Assembly (NCBI GenBank): GCA_963727775.1
Contig: CAVSHB010000001.1
Coordinates: 352,001 to 416,000, forward strand
Direction of reading: 5' to 3'
Source: an uncultured Nitrospiraceae bacterium
GTDB lineage: Bacteria > Nitrospirota > Thermodesulfovibrionia > Thermodesulfovibrionales > SM23-35
DNA length: 64,000 bases
The notes beneath the pieces are model-generated. The model did not search any database. It had not been told where the DNA came from and saw only the letters and a list, made by a program, of their open reading frames with translations. Positions within the stretch are counted from its first letter, which is position 1; each line of letters begins with the position of its first letter. Position numbers and translations under genes: made by a program. Positions 53,396 to 64,000 of the stretch are shown here, piece after piece.

Positions 53396-54010
53396 ATGAT
53401 TAAAGCTGTCGTATTTGACTTTGGCGGGGTGCTGGCTGAAGAGGGTTTCAGAGAAGGACTCAAGGCGATCGGAAGAAAAAACGGACTCAATCCCGATAAT
53501 TTCTTTGCTGTTGCCGGTGAACTTGTATACCAGACAGGATACGTAACCGGTATGTCTGATGAATCCGCCTACTGGAGTGCAGTAAGAAAAAAGACTGGAA
53601 TTTCCGGAGACGATAAGGATCTTAGAGAAGAACTTCTGAAAAGGTTTGTATTGAGAACTGAAATGGTGAGATGCGTAGAAAAACTAAAATCTTCCGGTTT
53701 TGTTGCCGCTATCCTGAGCGACCAGACAAACTGGCTTGACGAGATTAACAGGAAAACGCCTTTTTTTCATTATTTCCACTATGTCTTCAATTCTTTCCAT
53801 ATCAGGAAAAACAAACGAGATACTACAATCTTCGGGGATATTTGCTCGGAAATGGGACTCAAACCACACGAAGTTCTTTTTATTGATGATAACAAAGAAA
53901 ATATAAAAAGGGCGTCGGGTAAAGGACTAAAGGTGATACACTTTAAGGATGTAAAGAATTTTGAAATGGAAATCGAAAATGAAATAAGGGAAACAGGAAC
54001 AGAGGATTGA
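53396..54010 (+). CDS. HAD-family phosphatase
   Basis: Motif I 'VVFDFGGVL', motif II 'ILSD', motif IV 'LFIDDNKEN'. Confidence 0.9.
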   Translation: MIKAVVFDFGGVLAEEGFREGLKAIGRKNGLNPDNFFAVAGELVYQTGYVTGMSDESAYWSAVRKKTGISGDDKDLREELLKRFVLRTEMVRCVEKLKSSGFVAAILSDQTNWLDEINRKTPFFHYFHYVFNSFHIRKNKRDTTIFGDICSEMGLKPHEVLFIDDNKENIKRASGKGLKVIHFKDVKNFEMEIENEIRETGTED

Positions 54011-54031
54011 AAATTTACGGGGAGGTTTGAA

Positions 54032-55483
54032 ATGAGGGCAAGAAATATTTTCATGTGGCCGGTTACTATTTTGGTATTTGTTTTTTGTAGTTCCATTGCG
54101 GTTGCAGGAAGCAATGACAGCAAAACGGGTATTCTTTCAACCGGGTTGGAAGATCAGACAGGAGTCGCATTGACTATCTATAATGTAAACCTCGGGCTTG
54201 TGAAAGACCAGAGAAAGATAAAACTGTCAAAAGGCACATGTGAATTGAAGTTTATGGATGTTGCATCCCAGATAATTCCAACAAGCGTGCATATAAAATC
54301 ACTGATAGACCCCGCAAGCCTCCAAATATTTGAACAGAACTATGAATACGATCTACTCAACCCTCAGAAGCTCCTCGATAAATATGTTGGGAAAGATGTA
54401 AAGCTCTACTACAAAAATCCGTATACGGAGAGAGAAGAGATTATTAAAGCTTTGCTCCTGTCAAATAACGGCGGACCGATTTTCAAGATCGGGGACGAGA
54501 TAACCTTCGGACATCCCGGACGGATTATATTCCCGGGGGTCCCGGAGAATCTTATCTCGAAGCCGACCCTTGTGTGGCTTCTCGAAAATAATCTTGAAGC
54601 GGAACAGAGGGTTGAAGCGTCGTATTTAACGAACGGTATAACATGGAGGTCCGACTATGTGATGACATTGAACGACAAGGATGATAAGGCAGATCTTTCC
54701 TGTTGGGTCACTATTGATAACAAGAGTGGCGCAACATATAAGAGCGCTCAGCTCAAACTTGTTGCAGGAGATGTGCATAGGGTTAGAGATGAAAATGAAT
54801 ACAAGGATAAGATGAGGCTGTTTGCGGAGGCAGCTGCAAAGCCTGCGCCGCAATTTAAAGAAGAAGAATTTTTTGAATATCACATATATACATTACAGAG
54901 GCCTGCAACGATTAAAGAAAGCCAGATAAAGCAGATAAACCTTGTAACCGCCGGCGATATCCCGGTGAAGAAAGAACTTATATTTAACGGTGCAAGGTAT
55001 TACTACTATAGCCAGTACGGCGAAGCCGTGACACAGCAGAAGGTTGGAGTATTTATAGAGGTAGAAAATAAGAAGGGAAATAACCTTGGAATACCGTTGC
55101 CCAAAGGTATTGTAAGGGTATATAAGCAGGACAAGGAAGGAAGCCTTCAGTTTGTGGGAGAGGACTCGATTGACCATACCCCGAAAGACGAAAAGATCAG
55201 GATAAAACTCGGAGATGCCTTTGATATAGTCGGGAGCAGAAAACAAACTGACTGGAAAAAGATTGCCTATGATACCTATGAAGCGGCGTTAGAGGTCTCT
55301 CTTAGAAACCATAAGAAAGAAGATGTGATTGTTAAGGTTCTTGAGCCAATCCCGGGTGACTGGACAATCCTCAATTCATCTCACGAATATACAAAGACAG
55401 AATCATTCACCGCAGAGTTCAATATTCCTGTACCTAAAGATAAAGAGGTGAAAGTCACATATAGGGTGAGGATGAGGTTTTAA
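54032..55483 (+). CDS. DUF4139-domain exported protein
   Basis: Signal peptide, '[13 protein letters not shown]', 'EQNYEYDLL', 'PLPKG.VRVY', 'IDHTPKDE'. Confidence 0.85.
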   Translation: MRARNIFMWPVTILVFVFCSSIAVAGSNDSKTGILSTGLEDQTGVALTIYNVNLGLVKDQRKIKLSKGTCELKFMDVASQIIPTSVHIKSLIDPASLQIFEQNYEYDLLNPQKLLDKYVGKDVKLYYKNPYTEREEIIKALLLSNNGGPIFKIGDEITFGHPGRIIFPGVPENLISKPTLVWLLENNLEAEQRVEASYLTNGITWRSDYVMTLNDKDDKADLSCWVTIDNKSGATYKSAQLKLVAGDVHRVRDENEYKDKMRLFAEAAAKPAPQFKEEEFFEYHIYTLQRPATIKESQIKQINLVTAGDIPVKKELIFNGARYYYYSQYGEAVTQQKVGVFIEVENKKGNNLGIPLPKGIVRVYKQDKEGSLQFVGEDSIDHTPKDEKIRIKLGDAFDIVGSRKQTDWKKIAYDTYEAALEVSLRNHKKEDVIVKVLEPIPGDWTILNSSHEYTKTESFTAEFNIPVPKDKEVKVTYRVRMRF

Positions 55484-56355
55484 GGGTTATTCGTCAGCAG
55501 AGGAAATCCCATTTCTTCTCTCTGATGATGGTAAGCCTTTGCACAGAACCTCGCAAGATTCCTTACGCGTGCGATATACCCCGTTCTTTCAGTGACGGAA
55601 ATGGCGCCCCTTGCATCAAGAAGGTTGAAGGTATGGGAACATCTTAAGCAGAACTCATATGAAGGGAGCACCAGCCCGAGCTTATTGAGCCTGATTGATT
55701 CTTTCTCATACGAGTCAAACTGTTTCACCAGGAGTTCAGTGTCGGCATAATCGAAATTGTATTTTGAGAATTCCACTTCATCCATGTGATGTATTTCTCC
55801 GTATTTTATCCCCTTGCACCACTGGAGATTGAACACATTGTCCACTTCCTGTAAATACATGGCTATCCTTTCAAGCCCGTAAGTCAATTCAAGCGAGACA
55901 GGTTTAAGATCAATTCCCCCGACCTGCTGAAAATATGTGAACTGGGTGATTTCCATGCCGTCAAGCCATACCTCCCAGCCGAGGCCCCATGCCCCGAGAG
56001 TCGGCGATTCCCAGTCGTCTTCAACAAATCTGATGTCATGTTTCAAAGGATCTATCCCGAGATAAGAAAGACTATCCAAATAGACTTCCTGACTGTCAGA
56101 CGGAGATGGTTTCAGGATGACCTGATATTGATAGTAGTGCTGAAGCCTGTTCGGGTTTTCTCCATACCTGCCGTCAGTAGGTCTCCTTGACGGCTCAACA
56201 TAAGCTACTTTCCATGGCTCAGGTCCCAGTACCCTGAAGAATGTAGCTGGGTGGAATGTGCCCGCGCCCACTTCAATATCGTATGGTTGTAAAAGGATAC
56301 AGCCTTTTTCCGACCAGAACTGTTGGAGCTTTAAAATCAAATCCTGAAAATACAT
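55480..56355 (-). CDS. glyQ: Glycine-tRNA ligase alpha subunit
   Basis: 'GAGTFHPAT', '[16 protein letters not shown]', '[19 protein letters not shown]', 'ELTYGLER'. Confidence 0.97.
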   Translation of the reverse strand: MYFQDLILKLQQFWSEKGCILLQPYDIEVGAGTFHPATFFRVLGPEPWKVAYVEPSRRPTDGRYGENPNRLQHYYQYQVILKPSPSDSQEVYLDSLSYLGIDPLKHDIRFVEDDWESPTLGAWGLGWEVWLDGMEITQFTYFQQVGGIDLKPVSLELTYGLERIAMYLQEVDNVFNLQWCKGIKYGEIHHMDEVEFSKYNFDYADTELLVKQFDSYEKESIRLNKLGLVLPSYEFCLRCSHTFNLLDARGAISVTERTGYIARVRNLARFCAKAYHHQREEMGFPLLTNNP

Positions 56356-56467
56356 AGAACCTCCATAGAAGTATGAAATCATAAAAGAAGGACGGGAGTT
56401 TTGTCAAATCTAATCGGATACAACTCTGACGGCTAAACAGGGTATTATTGTGGTATAATTTCCAAAC

Positions 56468-57577
56468 GTGAATAAAAAAATTCTCATGAAAGGCAATGAA
56501 GCGATTGCTGAGGCGGCAGTCCAGGCAGGCTGCCGCTTTTATGCCGGCTATCCGATAACCCCTCAGAATGAAATACCCGAGTATCTGTCATGGAGAATGC
56601 CGGAAGTCGAAGGCATATTTGTACAGGCCGAAAGTGAACTTGCAGCAATTAATATGGTTTATGGCGCTGCCGCAGCCGGCTTAAGAGCTATGACTTCGTC
56701 CAGCAGTCCCGGGATAAGCCTGAAACAGGAAACGCTGTCATACCTTGCCGGAGCTGAACTGCCGGCGGTAATTGTCAATATGCAAAGGGGTGGTCCCGGC
56801 CTTGGAAATATTTACGGGAGTCAATCGGATTATTTCCAGGCGGTTAAGGGGGGAGGACATGGTGATTATAAGCTGCTTGTATTTGCCCCCTATAGTCTTC
56901 AGGAGTTGTGGGATTTGACAATGATAGCTTTTGATAAGGCTGATGAATATAGAAATCCCGTTATGATACTCGGGGACGGTATTGTCGGCCAAATGATGGA
57001 ACCTTTTTATCCGAGCCCTTATTCGAAGCCAAACCTTCCGGAAAAAGACTGGATACTGAATGGATGCAGAGGCAGAGAGTCAAGAGTGATCAAATCTCTG
57101 TATATGGGAGACGGCGAACTTGAAATGCGCAATAACATACTGCAGAAAAAATATATGGGGATGCGGGATAAAGAGGTCAGGTTTGAGAGTTATTTTGCTG
57201 AAGATTCCGATGTATTGGTTGTCGCATTTGGAATTGTTGCAAGGATTGCCTTATCGTCAGTAATAAAGCTCAGACGCGAAGGGATTAAGGTCGGGCTTTT
57301 CAGACCTATCACACTTTTTCCGTTTCCTGAAAAGGAACTTCGTTTGCTTGCAGGAGAGAATAGACGCTTTATTACAATAGAAATGAATGCAGGGCAGATG
57401 GTAGAAGATGTGAGGCTGTCAGTAAACGGCAGGTCGGAAGTATTGTTTTACGGAAAAGCCGGCGGCTCTATCATAATGCCTGAAGAGATAGAGGAAAAGA
57501 TAAAATTAATGGTAAGCCGACGGCTTCATTTAGCAACTCCTGAAATATTCAAAGATTTAACCGAACAGAAGTTGTAG
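56468..57577 (+). CDS. vorB: 2-oxoacid:ferredoxin oxidoreductase alpha subunit (VorB-like)
   Basis: 'LMKGNEAIAEAA', 'GYPITPQNE', 'QAESE', 'TSSSSPGISLKQE', 'EMNAGQM'. Confidence 0.85.
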   Translation: MNKKILMKGNEAIAEAAVQAGCRFYAGYPITPQNEIPEYLSWRMPEVEGIFVQAESELAAINMVYGAAAAGLRAMTSSSSPGISLKQETLSYLAGAELPAVIVNMQRGGPGLGNIYGSQSDYFQAVKGGGHGDYKLLVFAPYSLQELWDLTMIAFDKADEYRNPVMILGDGIVGQMMEPFYPSPYSKPNLPEKDWILNGCRGRESRVIKSLYMGDGELEMRNNILQKKYMGMRDKEVRFESYFAEDSDVLVVAFGIVARIALSSVIKLRREGIKVGLFRPITLFPFPEKELRLLAGENRRFITIEMNAGQMVEDVRLSVNGRSEVLFYGKAGGSIIMPEEIEEKIKLMVSRRLHLATPEIFKDLTEQKL

Positions 57578-57648
57578 TATTCCAACAACTGTTTCCAAAA
57601 TTTGTTCTGATAATTAAGAAGATTTCTTGCAGGTAACAAGTAATGGCG

Positions 57649-57810
57649 TTATTGCTCTTCTACTTTCTCCTCTGAATCTGTTCCCTCGATGGTTTCTTGG
57701 GGCTTATTTTCCTTGCTCAAACGCCGTTGTCTTTTCTCTTCCTGCTTTTTTTGACGCGATAATTCTTTTCTTCTCTTTTCACCTTTAAATACTCCAGCAC
57801 GCTTTGCCAA
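57649..57810 (-). CDS. Small basic hypothetical protein (53 aa)
   Basis: TTG start with GGAGG RBS at 57816-57820; MAKRAGVFKGEKRRKELSRQKKQEEKRQRR... Confidence 0.6.
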   Translation of the reverse strand: MAKRAGVFKGEKRRKELSRQKKQEEKRQRRLSKENKPQETIEGTDSEEKVEEQ

Positions 57811-57938
57811 TGTGACCTCCTTGGTGTTTTCAGAAGTATTATATTCTAAGCATGATTCCAAAGGCAATCGTAAGGCGCATAAATATTAATGATATCCTTA
57901 TTTTTTACCGGAGGGTAAAATTTTTTATGCCACATGTC

Positions 57939-57967
57939 TTGACAAAAAAATACTGATCTGGTAATAT
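57939..57967 (+). promoter_or_regulatory. str operon promoter
   Basis: TTGACA-N17-TAATAT upstream of rpsL. Confidence 0.7.
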
Positions 57968-58020
57968 TTTCACTTGCTGTATAAACCGGCTTTTGTAATT
58001 AACCAATGTATGGAGGAAAT

Positions 58021-58392
58021 GTGCCTACTATAGCACAATTAGTAAAAAATGGGCGTGAAAAAGTCAGGGTAAAGACCAAAAGCCCGGCATTGAGAGGATG
58101 TCCTCAAAAAAGAGGGGTTTGTGTCAGGGTCTACACTACAACACCAAAAAAGCCTAATTCTGCCTTAAGAAAAGTTGCAAGGGTAAGGCTTATGAATGCT
58201 ATGGAGGTCACAGCGTATATCCCTGGAGTCGGCCACAACCTTCAGGAACATTCTATTGTGATGATAAGAGGCGGGAGGGTAAAGGACCTTCCCGGAGTCA
58301 GATACCATATTATAAGAGGTACCCTCGATTCTATGGGAGTTGCGGATAGAAGACGGGGTAGGTCGAAATACGGGGCTAAGAGGCCCAAATAA
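58021..58392 (+). CDS. rpsL: 30S ribosomal protein S12
   Basis: GTG start after GGAGG; '[11 protein letters not shown]', '[10 protein letters not shown]'. Confidence 0.98.
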   Translation: MPTIAQLVKNGREKVRVKTKSPALRGCPQKRGVCVRVYTTTPKKPNSALRKVARVRLMNAMEVTAYIPGVGHNLQEHSIVMIRGGRVKDLPGVRYHIIRGTLDSMGVADRRRGRSKYGAKRPK

Positions 58393-58405
58393 GAGAGAGT
58401 CATAA

Positions 58406-58876
58406 ATGCCAAGAAGAAGAGTTGTAGAAAAAAGAGATATTCTGTCAGATCCTAAATATAACAGTAAAGTTGTCAGTAAATTTGTCAATGCATTAATGGA
58501 GAGCGGCAAGAAATCCACTGCGGAGAGAATCTGCTACGGCGCATTCGATATTTTAAAGACAAAGACCGGTAGCGACCCGCTGAAAGTCTTTAAGACTGCG
58601 CTTGAAAACGTGAAACCTGTCCTGGAGGTCAAACCGAGAAGAGTTGGCGGCGCAACATATCAGGTGCCGGTAGAAATAAGGCCGCACAGACGTGCCGCGT
58701 TGGCTTTTAGATGGATTATCAATTATTCGAGGGCAAGAAGCGAAAGGACTATGCAGGAAAAACTGGCAGGGGAATTATTTGATGCTTTTAACAGTACGGG
58801 TTCTTCCATAAAAAAGAAAGAAGATACCCACAAAATGGCCGAAGCCAACAAGGCTTTTGCCCATTATAGATGGTAG
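58406..58876 (+). CDS. rpsG: 30S ribosomal protein S7
   Basis: '[11 protein letters not shown]', '[13 protein letters not shown]'. Confidence 0.98.
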   Translation: MPRRRVVEKRDILSDPKYNSKVVSKFVNALMESGKKSTAERICYGAFDILKTKTGSDPLKVFKTALENVKPVLEVKPRRVGGATYQVPVEIRPHRRAALAFRWIINYSRARSERTMQEKLAGELFDAFNSTGSSIKKKEDTHKMAEANKAFAHYRW

Positions 58877-58894
58877 GAATAGAGGAGAGAAATT

Positions 58895-60973
58895 TTGTCA
58901 AGGGTTTCATTGGAGAAGACACGCAATATTGGCATAATGGCGCACATCGATGCGGGGAAGACTACAACTACCGAACGAATCCTCTATTATACAGGCGTTA
59001 CCTACAAGATTGGAGAGGTGCATGAAGGTACTGCTGTCATGGACTGGATGGTTCAGGAGCAGGAAAGAGGCATTACCATCACCTCTGCCGCTACAACATG
59101 TTTCTGGAAAGACTGTAGAATCAATATCATAGATACTCCGGGGCATGTCGATTTTACAATCGAAGTAGAAAGGTCTTTACGCGTGCTTGACGGCGCTGTT
59201 GCGGTTTTTGATTCTGTTGCAGGGGTTGAACCTCAGTCGGAAACGGTATGGAGGCAGGCTGATAAATATGGTGTGCCCCGTATCGCTTTTATGAATAAAA
59301 TGGATAGGGTAGGTGCAGATTTTTTTATGAGTGTAAGCAGTATAATAGAACGCCTCGATGCAAACCCCGTTCCTGTGCAACTACCCATAGGAGCAGAGGA
59401 TAAATACAGGGGTTCTATAGACCTTACCGAAATGAAGGCAATATTTTTTGATGATGAAACATTGGGAGCAAGTTATACCGAAGGAGAAATCCCGGAGGAG
59501 CTTCTGCCTATAACACATGAATACAGAGAGAAAATGATCGAAGCCTTGGCTGACACAGATGATATGATTATGGAGAAATATCTGGGGAAAGAAGAAATAA
59601 GTATAGATGAAATAAAAGCAGCGCTGCGAAAAGGCACTTTGGAGTTGAAGCTCACTCCCGTTATATGCGGATCGGCCTTTAAGAATAAAGGTGTCCAGCA
59701 TTTGCTTGATGCTATCGTTGATTATCTTCCTTCTCCGATTGATATCCCTCCTGTCGTCGGGAAAGTGCCGGATAGTGATTCCGTGATTGTCAGGCATGCC
59801 GATGAGAGTGAACCATTTTCCGCTATTGCGTTTAAGGTCATGACAGACCCGTTTGTCGGGCAGCTCACCTTTATTAGAGTCTACTCCGGCGTATTAAGTG
59901 CCGGTTCCTATATATACAACTCAACGAAAGATACAAAAGAAAGAGTCGGCAGGCTTCTGAAAATGCATGCGAACAAGCGTGAGGAAATAAAGGAAGTTGC
60001 TGCGGGTGATATTGCGGCAGTTGTCGGGCTTAAACACACACTTACGGGAGATACACTTTGTGACGAAAAAAGTCCGATTATTCTTGAGGCAATAGTGTTT
60101 CCTGAACCTGTTATGTCTGTTGCAATTGAGCCGAAGACAAAGGCAGACCAGGAAAGGCTTTCCCAATCGTTGGCTAAACTTGCCCAGGAAGACCCGTCGT
60201 TCAGGGTTTCTTTTGATGAGGAAACAGGTCAGACAATTATATCCGGTATGGGGGAGCTTCACCTTGAAATAATTGTGGACAGACTGCTTAGAGAATTCAA
60301 GGTCGGGGCGAATGTCGGAAAGCCGCAGGTTGCCTATAAAGAGACAGTTCGTGGAACTTCAAAGGCGGAAGGAAAGTTTGTAAGGCAGACAGGTGGGAGA
60401 GGACAATATGGTCATGTTTATATCGAGATTGAACCATTAGAGCCGGGTAAGGGATTTGAATTTGAAAATAAAATTGTTGGAGGGAGTATTCCGAGGGAAT
60501 ATGTCCCCGCCGTAGAAAAAGGAATAAAAGAGGCGGCAGACAGGGGAATTCTGGCAGGATATCCTGTTGTTGATTTAAAGGCAAAGCTTTACGATGGGTC
60601 ATATCATGAGGTTGACTCTTCTGAAATGGCATTCAAAATTGCAGGGTCCATGGCATTTAAGGAAGCAGTAAAACGGGCAAAGCCGATCCTCCTTGAGCCG
60701 ATCATGGGGATTGAGGTTGTGACCCCTGAAGAATACATGGGCGACGTGATAGGCGACCTTAATTCCCGTCGTGGAAGAATTCAAAACATAGAGAGAAGGG
60801 GAAATGCCCAAGTGATTAAGGTGCAGGCGCCGTTAGCGGAGATGTTCGGCTATGCTACTGATTTAAGATCAAAAACACAGGGCAGGGCCACATATACAAT
60901 GCAATTTTCACATTATGACGAGGTTCCTAAGGGTGTTTCCGAAGGAATTATCGCATTGGTAAAAGGCGAATAG
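58895..60973 (+). CDS. fusA: Elongation factor G
   Basis: 'AHIDAGKTT', 'QERGITI', 'DTPGH', 'NKMD'; position in the str operon. Confidence 0.98.
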   Translation: MSRVSLEKTRNIGIMAHIDAGKTTTTERILYYTGVTYKIGEVHEGTAVMDWMVQEQERGITITSAATTCFWKDCRINIIDTPGHVDFTIEVERSLRVLDGAVAVFDSVAGVEPQSETVWRQADKYGVPRIAFMNKMDRVGADFFMSVSSIIERLDANPVPVQLPIGAEDKYRGSIDLTEMKAIFFDDETLGASYTEGEIPEELLPITHEYREKMIEALADTDDMIMEKYLGKEEISIDEIKAALRKGTLELKLTPVICGSAFKNKGVQHLLDAIVDYLPSPIDIPPVVGKVPDSDSVIVRHADESEPFSAIAFKVMTDPFVGQLTFIRVYSGVLSAGSYIYNSTKDTKERVGRLLKMHANKREEIKEVAAGDIAAVVGLKHTLTGDTLCDEKSPIILEAIVFPEPVMSVAIEPKTKADQERLSQSLAKLAQEDPSFRVSFDEETGQTIISGMGELHLEIIVDRLLREFKVGANVGKPQVAYKETVRGTSKAEGKFVRQTGGRGQYGHVYIEIEPLEPGKGFEFENKIVGGSIPREYVPAVEKGIKEAADRGILAGYPVVDLKAKLYDGSYHEVDSSEMAFKIAGSMAFKEAVKRAKPILLEPIMGIEVVTPEEYMGDVIGDLNSRRGRIQNIERRGNAQVIKVQAPLAEMFGYATDLRSKTQGRATYTMQFSHYDEVPKGVSEGIIALVKGE

Positions 60974-60997
60974 TGCCATCGAAGAGAAGGAGGAAAA

Positions 60998-62197
60998 ATG
61001 GCAAAGGCTAAATTTGAGAGGGTAAAGCCTCATGCGAACATAGGGACGATCGGGCATGTAGACCACGGCAAGACGACGCTGACGTCGGCGATAACGAAAG
61101 TATTGGCGATGAAGGGGGGAGCGACGTTCAGGTCATTTGACAGCATCGACAATGCGCCTGAGGAGAAGGCCAGGGGAATCACGATAGCGACTGCGCATGT
61201 AGAGTACGAGACGGACAAGAGGCATTATGCACATGTAGACTGTCCGGGGCATGCGGATTATATAAAGAACATGATAACGGGAGCGGCGCAGATGGACGGA
61301 GCGGTGCTGGTAGTATCGGCAGCGGATGGGCCGATGCCGCAGACGAGGGAGCATATTCTGCTTGCGAGGCAGGTAGGGGTACCATATATAGTGGTATTCA
61401 TGAATAAAGTAGACATGGTAGATGATCCTGAGCTTTTGGATTTAGTAGAGCTTGAGATGAGGGAGTTATTGACGAAGTATCAGTTTCCTGGGGACAAGAT
61501 ACCGGTAATAAGGGGCAGTGCGTTAAAGGCGATGAACAGCACGGGCACGGAACCGGGAGCAGAAGAGTACAAGTGCATTTTTGAGCTTATGGATGCGGTA
61601 GACAGTTATATACCGACGCCTGACCGACCTATAGACAAGCCGTTTTTAATGCCGATAGAGGATGTATTTACGATTTCCGGGCGTGGAACGGTGGTGACAG
61701 GCAGAGTAGAGAGGGGAATAGTTAAGGTAGGAGAAGAAGTAGAGATAGTGGGATTGGGTGAGACGCGCAAGACGGTGGCCACGGGAGTGGAGATGTTCAG
61801 GAAACTGCTTGACGAAGGTCGTGCCGGAGACAACGTAGGGGTATTGTTAAGAGGTATAGGGAAGGAAGAAGTAGAGAGGGGGCAGGTATTAGCGAAGCCT
61901 GGTAGCATAACGCCGCATACGAAGTTTAAGGCAGAGGTGTATATATTGACGAAGGAAGAGGGCGGAAGGCATACCCCGTTTTTCAAGGGTTACAGGCCGC
62001 AGTTTTATTTCAGGACAACTGATGTAACAGGTGTAGCGCAGCTTCCTGAGGGGGTAGAGATGGTGATGCCCGGCGACAATGTGACCTTGGCGATTGAACT
62101 CATCTCGGCTATTGCAATGGAAAAAGAGTTGCGCTTTGCCATTAGAGAGGGTGGAAGAACCGTAGGCGCCGGCGTTGTTACAGAGGTAATACAATAA
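60998..62197 (+). CDS. tuf: Elongation factor Tu
   Basis: 'GHVDHGKTT', 'DCPGHADY', '[13 protein letters not shown]'. Confidence 0.99.
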   Translation: MAKAKFERVKPHANIGTIGHVDHGKTTLTSAITKVLAMKGGATFRSFDSIDNAPEEKARGITIATAHVEYETDKRHYAHVDCPGHADYIKNMITGAAQMDGAVLVVSAADGPMPQTREHILLARQVGVPYIVVFMNKVDMVDDPELLDLVELEMRELLTKYQFPGDKIPVIRGSALKAMNSTGTEPGAEEYKCIFELMDAVDSYIPTPDRPIDKPFLMPIEDVFTISGRGTVVTGRVERGIVKVGEEVEIVGLGETRKTVATGVEMFRKLLDEGRAGDNVGVLLRGIGKEEVERGQVLAKPGSITPHTKFKAEVYILTKEEGGRHTPFFKGYRPQFYFRTTDVTGVAQLPEGVEMVMPGDNVTLAIELISAIAMEKELRFAIREGGRTVGAGVVTEVIQ

Positions 62198-62286
62198 TAT
62201 AATGAAAAAGAAAGAATGTAAAATGGAGAAAAATTCCTGTACGATTTGCATTTTACATATACCAATGGAGCTAAGCAATTAAGGTG

Positions 62287-62592
62287 ATGAACCAAAAGAT
62301 AAGGATAAAATTAAGGGCTTACGATCACAGAATACTCGATAGGTCTGTGAAGGAGATAGTGGACACAGTTCAAAGGACAGGGGCAAGAATAGCCGGACCG
62401 GTCCCTCTGCCTACAAGGATAAGCAGGGTAACTGTTCTCAGGTCTCCTCATGTAGATAAGAAGTCCAGAGAGCAATTTGAGATCAGAACTCATAAAAGGT
62501 TAATAGATATAGTTGATCCTACGCCGCAAACTGTTGACGCTCTAATGAAACTGGAGCTTGCAGCAGGAGTTGATGTAGAGATAAAGCTGTGA
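62287..62592 (+). CDS. rpsJ: 30S ribosomal protein S10
   Basis: 'GPVPLPT', '[14 protein letters not shown]'. Confidence 0.98.
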   Translation: MNQKIRIKLRAYDHRILDRSVKEIVDTVQRTGARIAGPVPLPTRISRVTVLRSPHVDKKSREQFEIRTHKRLIDIVDPTPQTVDALMKLELAAGVDVEIKL

Positions 62593-62663
62593 TAATAAAT
62601 TAGCCCGATAATCAGTTTCTGCTTTAATATATAATGATCGGCAAATAGTTCGGAGATAGAGGA

Positions 62664-63275
62664 ATGATAGGAATATTAGGAAAAAAGCTCGGCATGACAC
62701 AGATATTCACTGAAGATGGAAAGGCATATCCTGTTACCGTTGTTGAAGCAGGACCATGTTGTGTCATTCAGGTGAAGACGCTTGATAAGGATGGCTATGA
62801 GGCTGTTAAAATAGGTTTTTCTGAGATGAAAGAACAGAGAGTAAACAAACCCTTGGCAGGTGTCTTTAAGAAAGCGGGAGTTAAGCCATATAAGTTATTG
62901 AAAGAATTGCAGATTGGCGGCTTAAAGGTCGGTGAATTTGTAACCGTGGAAAAATTTGTTAAAGGAGATAGAGTTTCCGTTTCCGGCGTATCCAAGGGCA
63001 AGGGATTTCAGGGTGTTATGAAAAGGCACAATTTTTCCGGCGGGCCTGGTTCTCATGGTTCAATGTTTAATCGTGCGCCGGGTTCTATAGGCGCAAGCTC
63101 ATATCCATCGCGGGTATGGAAAAATCAGAAAATGCCTGGTCATATGGGGTCCGAGAATGTAACAGTGAAAAACTTGGAAATTGTGGACATTAAAGTTGAC
63201 CAAAATCTGCTCTTAATTAAAGGGGCAGTCCCGGGTGCGGCAGGGACATACATAGAGATTAAAAAGGAAGATTAA
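62664..63275 (+). CDS. rplC: 50S ribosomal protein L3
   Basis: 'GKKLGMTQ', '[13 protein letters not shown]', 'RAPGSIG'. Confidence 0.98.
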   Translation: MIGILGKKLGMTQIFTEDGKAYPVTVVEAGPCCVIQVKTLDKDGYEAVKIGFSEMKEQRVNKPLAGVFKKAGVKPYKLLKELQIGGLKVGEFVTVEKFVKGDRVSVSGVSKGKGFQGVMKRHNFSGGPGSHGSMFNRAPGSIGASSYPSRVWKNQKMPGHMGSENVTVKNLEIVDIKVDQNLLLIKGAVPGAAGTYIEIKKED

Positions 63276-63276
63276 C

Positions 63277-63906
63277 ATGCCAGAAGTTGAAATAAGAGAC
63301 AAGAATAATAATATAGTTGGGAAGCTTAACCTTAAAGATGACGTCTTCGATGTCAGTGCAAAGCAAGGCGTAGTCCATAAGGCAATAGTGAATATCCTTG
63401 CAAACCAGCGGCAGGGCACTCATGCGACAAAGACAAAAGGACTTATTAGCGGGGGAGGCAAGAAGCCGTGGAAGCAGAAACATACGGGAAGGGCAAGGGC
63501 AGGTAGTATCCGTTCTCCTTTATGGAGAGGGGGAGGTACGGTCTTTGGTCCACAACCGAGGGATTATTCATTTAAGCTCCCCAAAAAAGTAAAAAGGCTT
63601 GCTTTAATGTCTGCTTTCCATGAAAAGCTTTCGAGTGGAGAAGTCATGATAATAGACACATTGTCCGTGGAGAAGCCTAAAACAAAAGAAATGATTTCAA
63701 TCTTGAAAGGCCTCGGTCTTAATAACAAAAGCGTGCTCATAATACTTCCCGAAAAAGATGACACGATTACACTTTCTGCCCGGAATATACCGGGTGTTGC
63801 TGTAACAAGAGCTATGGATCTCAATACCTATGATATCCTTGCTTATAACATGCTCCTTATGACTAAAGAAGGGGCGTCACGATTAGAGGAAATAAAAGGA
63901 TCATGA
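63277..63906 (+). CDS. rplD: 50S ribosomal protein L4
   Basis: 'RQGTHATK', 'KPWKQKHTGRARAGS'. Confidence 0.98.
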   Translation: MPEVEIRDKNNNIVGKLNLKDDVFDVSAKQGVVHKAIVNILANQRQGTHATKTKGLISGGGKKPWKQKHTGRARAGSIRSPLWRGGGTVFGPQPRDYSFKLPKKVKRLALMSAFHEKLSSGEVMIIDTLSVEKPKTKEMISILKGLGLNNKSVLIILPEKDDTITLSARNIPGVAVTRAMDLNTYDILAYNMLLMTKEGASRLEEIKGS

Positions 63907-64000
63907 AAAATATTTATACTATAATTAAGAAGCCTTTGTTTACGGAAAAGGGCGGACATCTTAAAGAATCAGAAAACAAAATACTTGTCGAAGTCGCAAA
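63903..64000 (+). CDS. rplW: 50S ribosomal protein L23 (partial, runs off the window)
   Basis: ATG overlapping the rplD stop; MKNIYTIIKKPLFTEKG. Confidence 0.9.
   Translation, partial: MKNIYTIIKKPLFTEKGGHLKESENKILVEVA

Noticed and set aside
1..64000. tRNA, rRNA or known riboswitch genes
   Set aside because: No cloverleaf, rRNA or recognisable riboswitch consensus seen by eye; an Infernal/Rfam scan would be needed to exclude them

Overview
A 64-kb bacterial chromosomal segment. The gene repertoire suggests an anaerobic Nitrospirota (Thermodesulfovibrionia-like) or deltaproteobacterial genome; this is an inference. Left part (2.8-12.1 kb, minus strand): phoB-phoR, a porin, a GH1 glycosidase, a CBS-domain histidine kinase with a receiver protein, a PHP phosphoesterase, a GT21 (ceramide glucosyltransferase/HpnI-like) glycosyltransferase and a small Cys-rich protein. 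Four separate promoters in this cluster carry the same 11-bp-periodic Pho-box-like array 10-11 nt upstream of a -10 hexamer. I read it as a candidate phosphate-starvation membrane-lipid remodelling regulon with its own second-tier signalling pair, and it is the most interesting system here. Middle: a cold-shock gene with a leader terminator, a complete IS1380 element (terminal inverted repeats plus TTAA duplication), CIRCE-hrcA-grpE-dnaK-dnaJ, a class III cyclase, several decayed genes, an unannotated 32-aa bS22-like ribosomal protein and a large acyl-CoA dehydratase-activase fusion. Next is a two-partner secretion locus: TpsB, a ~6,090-aa filamentous-haemagglutinin-like TpsA split by a one-base frameshift in a G6 run, and a Spy/CpxP-like gene. 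Right end: glyQ, a vorB-like gene, and the str/S10 operon (rpsL to partial rplW). Several gene remnants (arsC, GH13, DUF1003-like, ICMT-like) and several apparently leaderless promoters are missing from the ORF track. All calls come from reading motifs by eye; no database searches were run.
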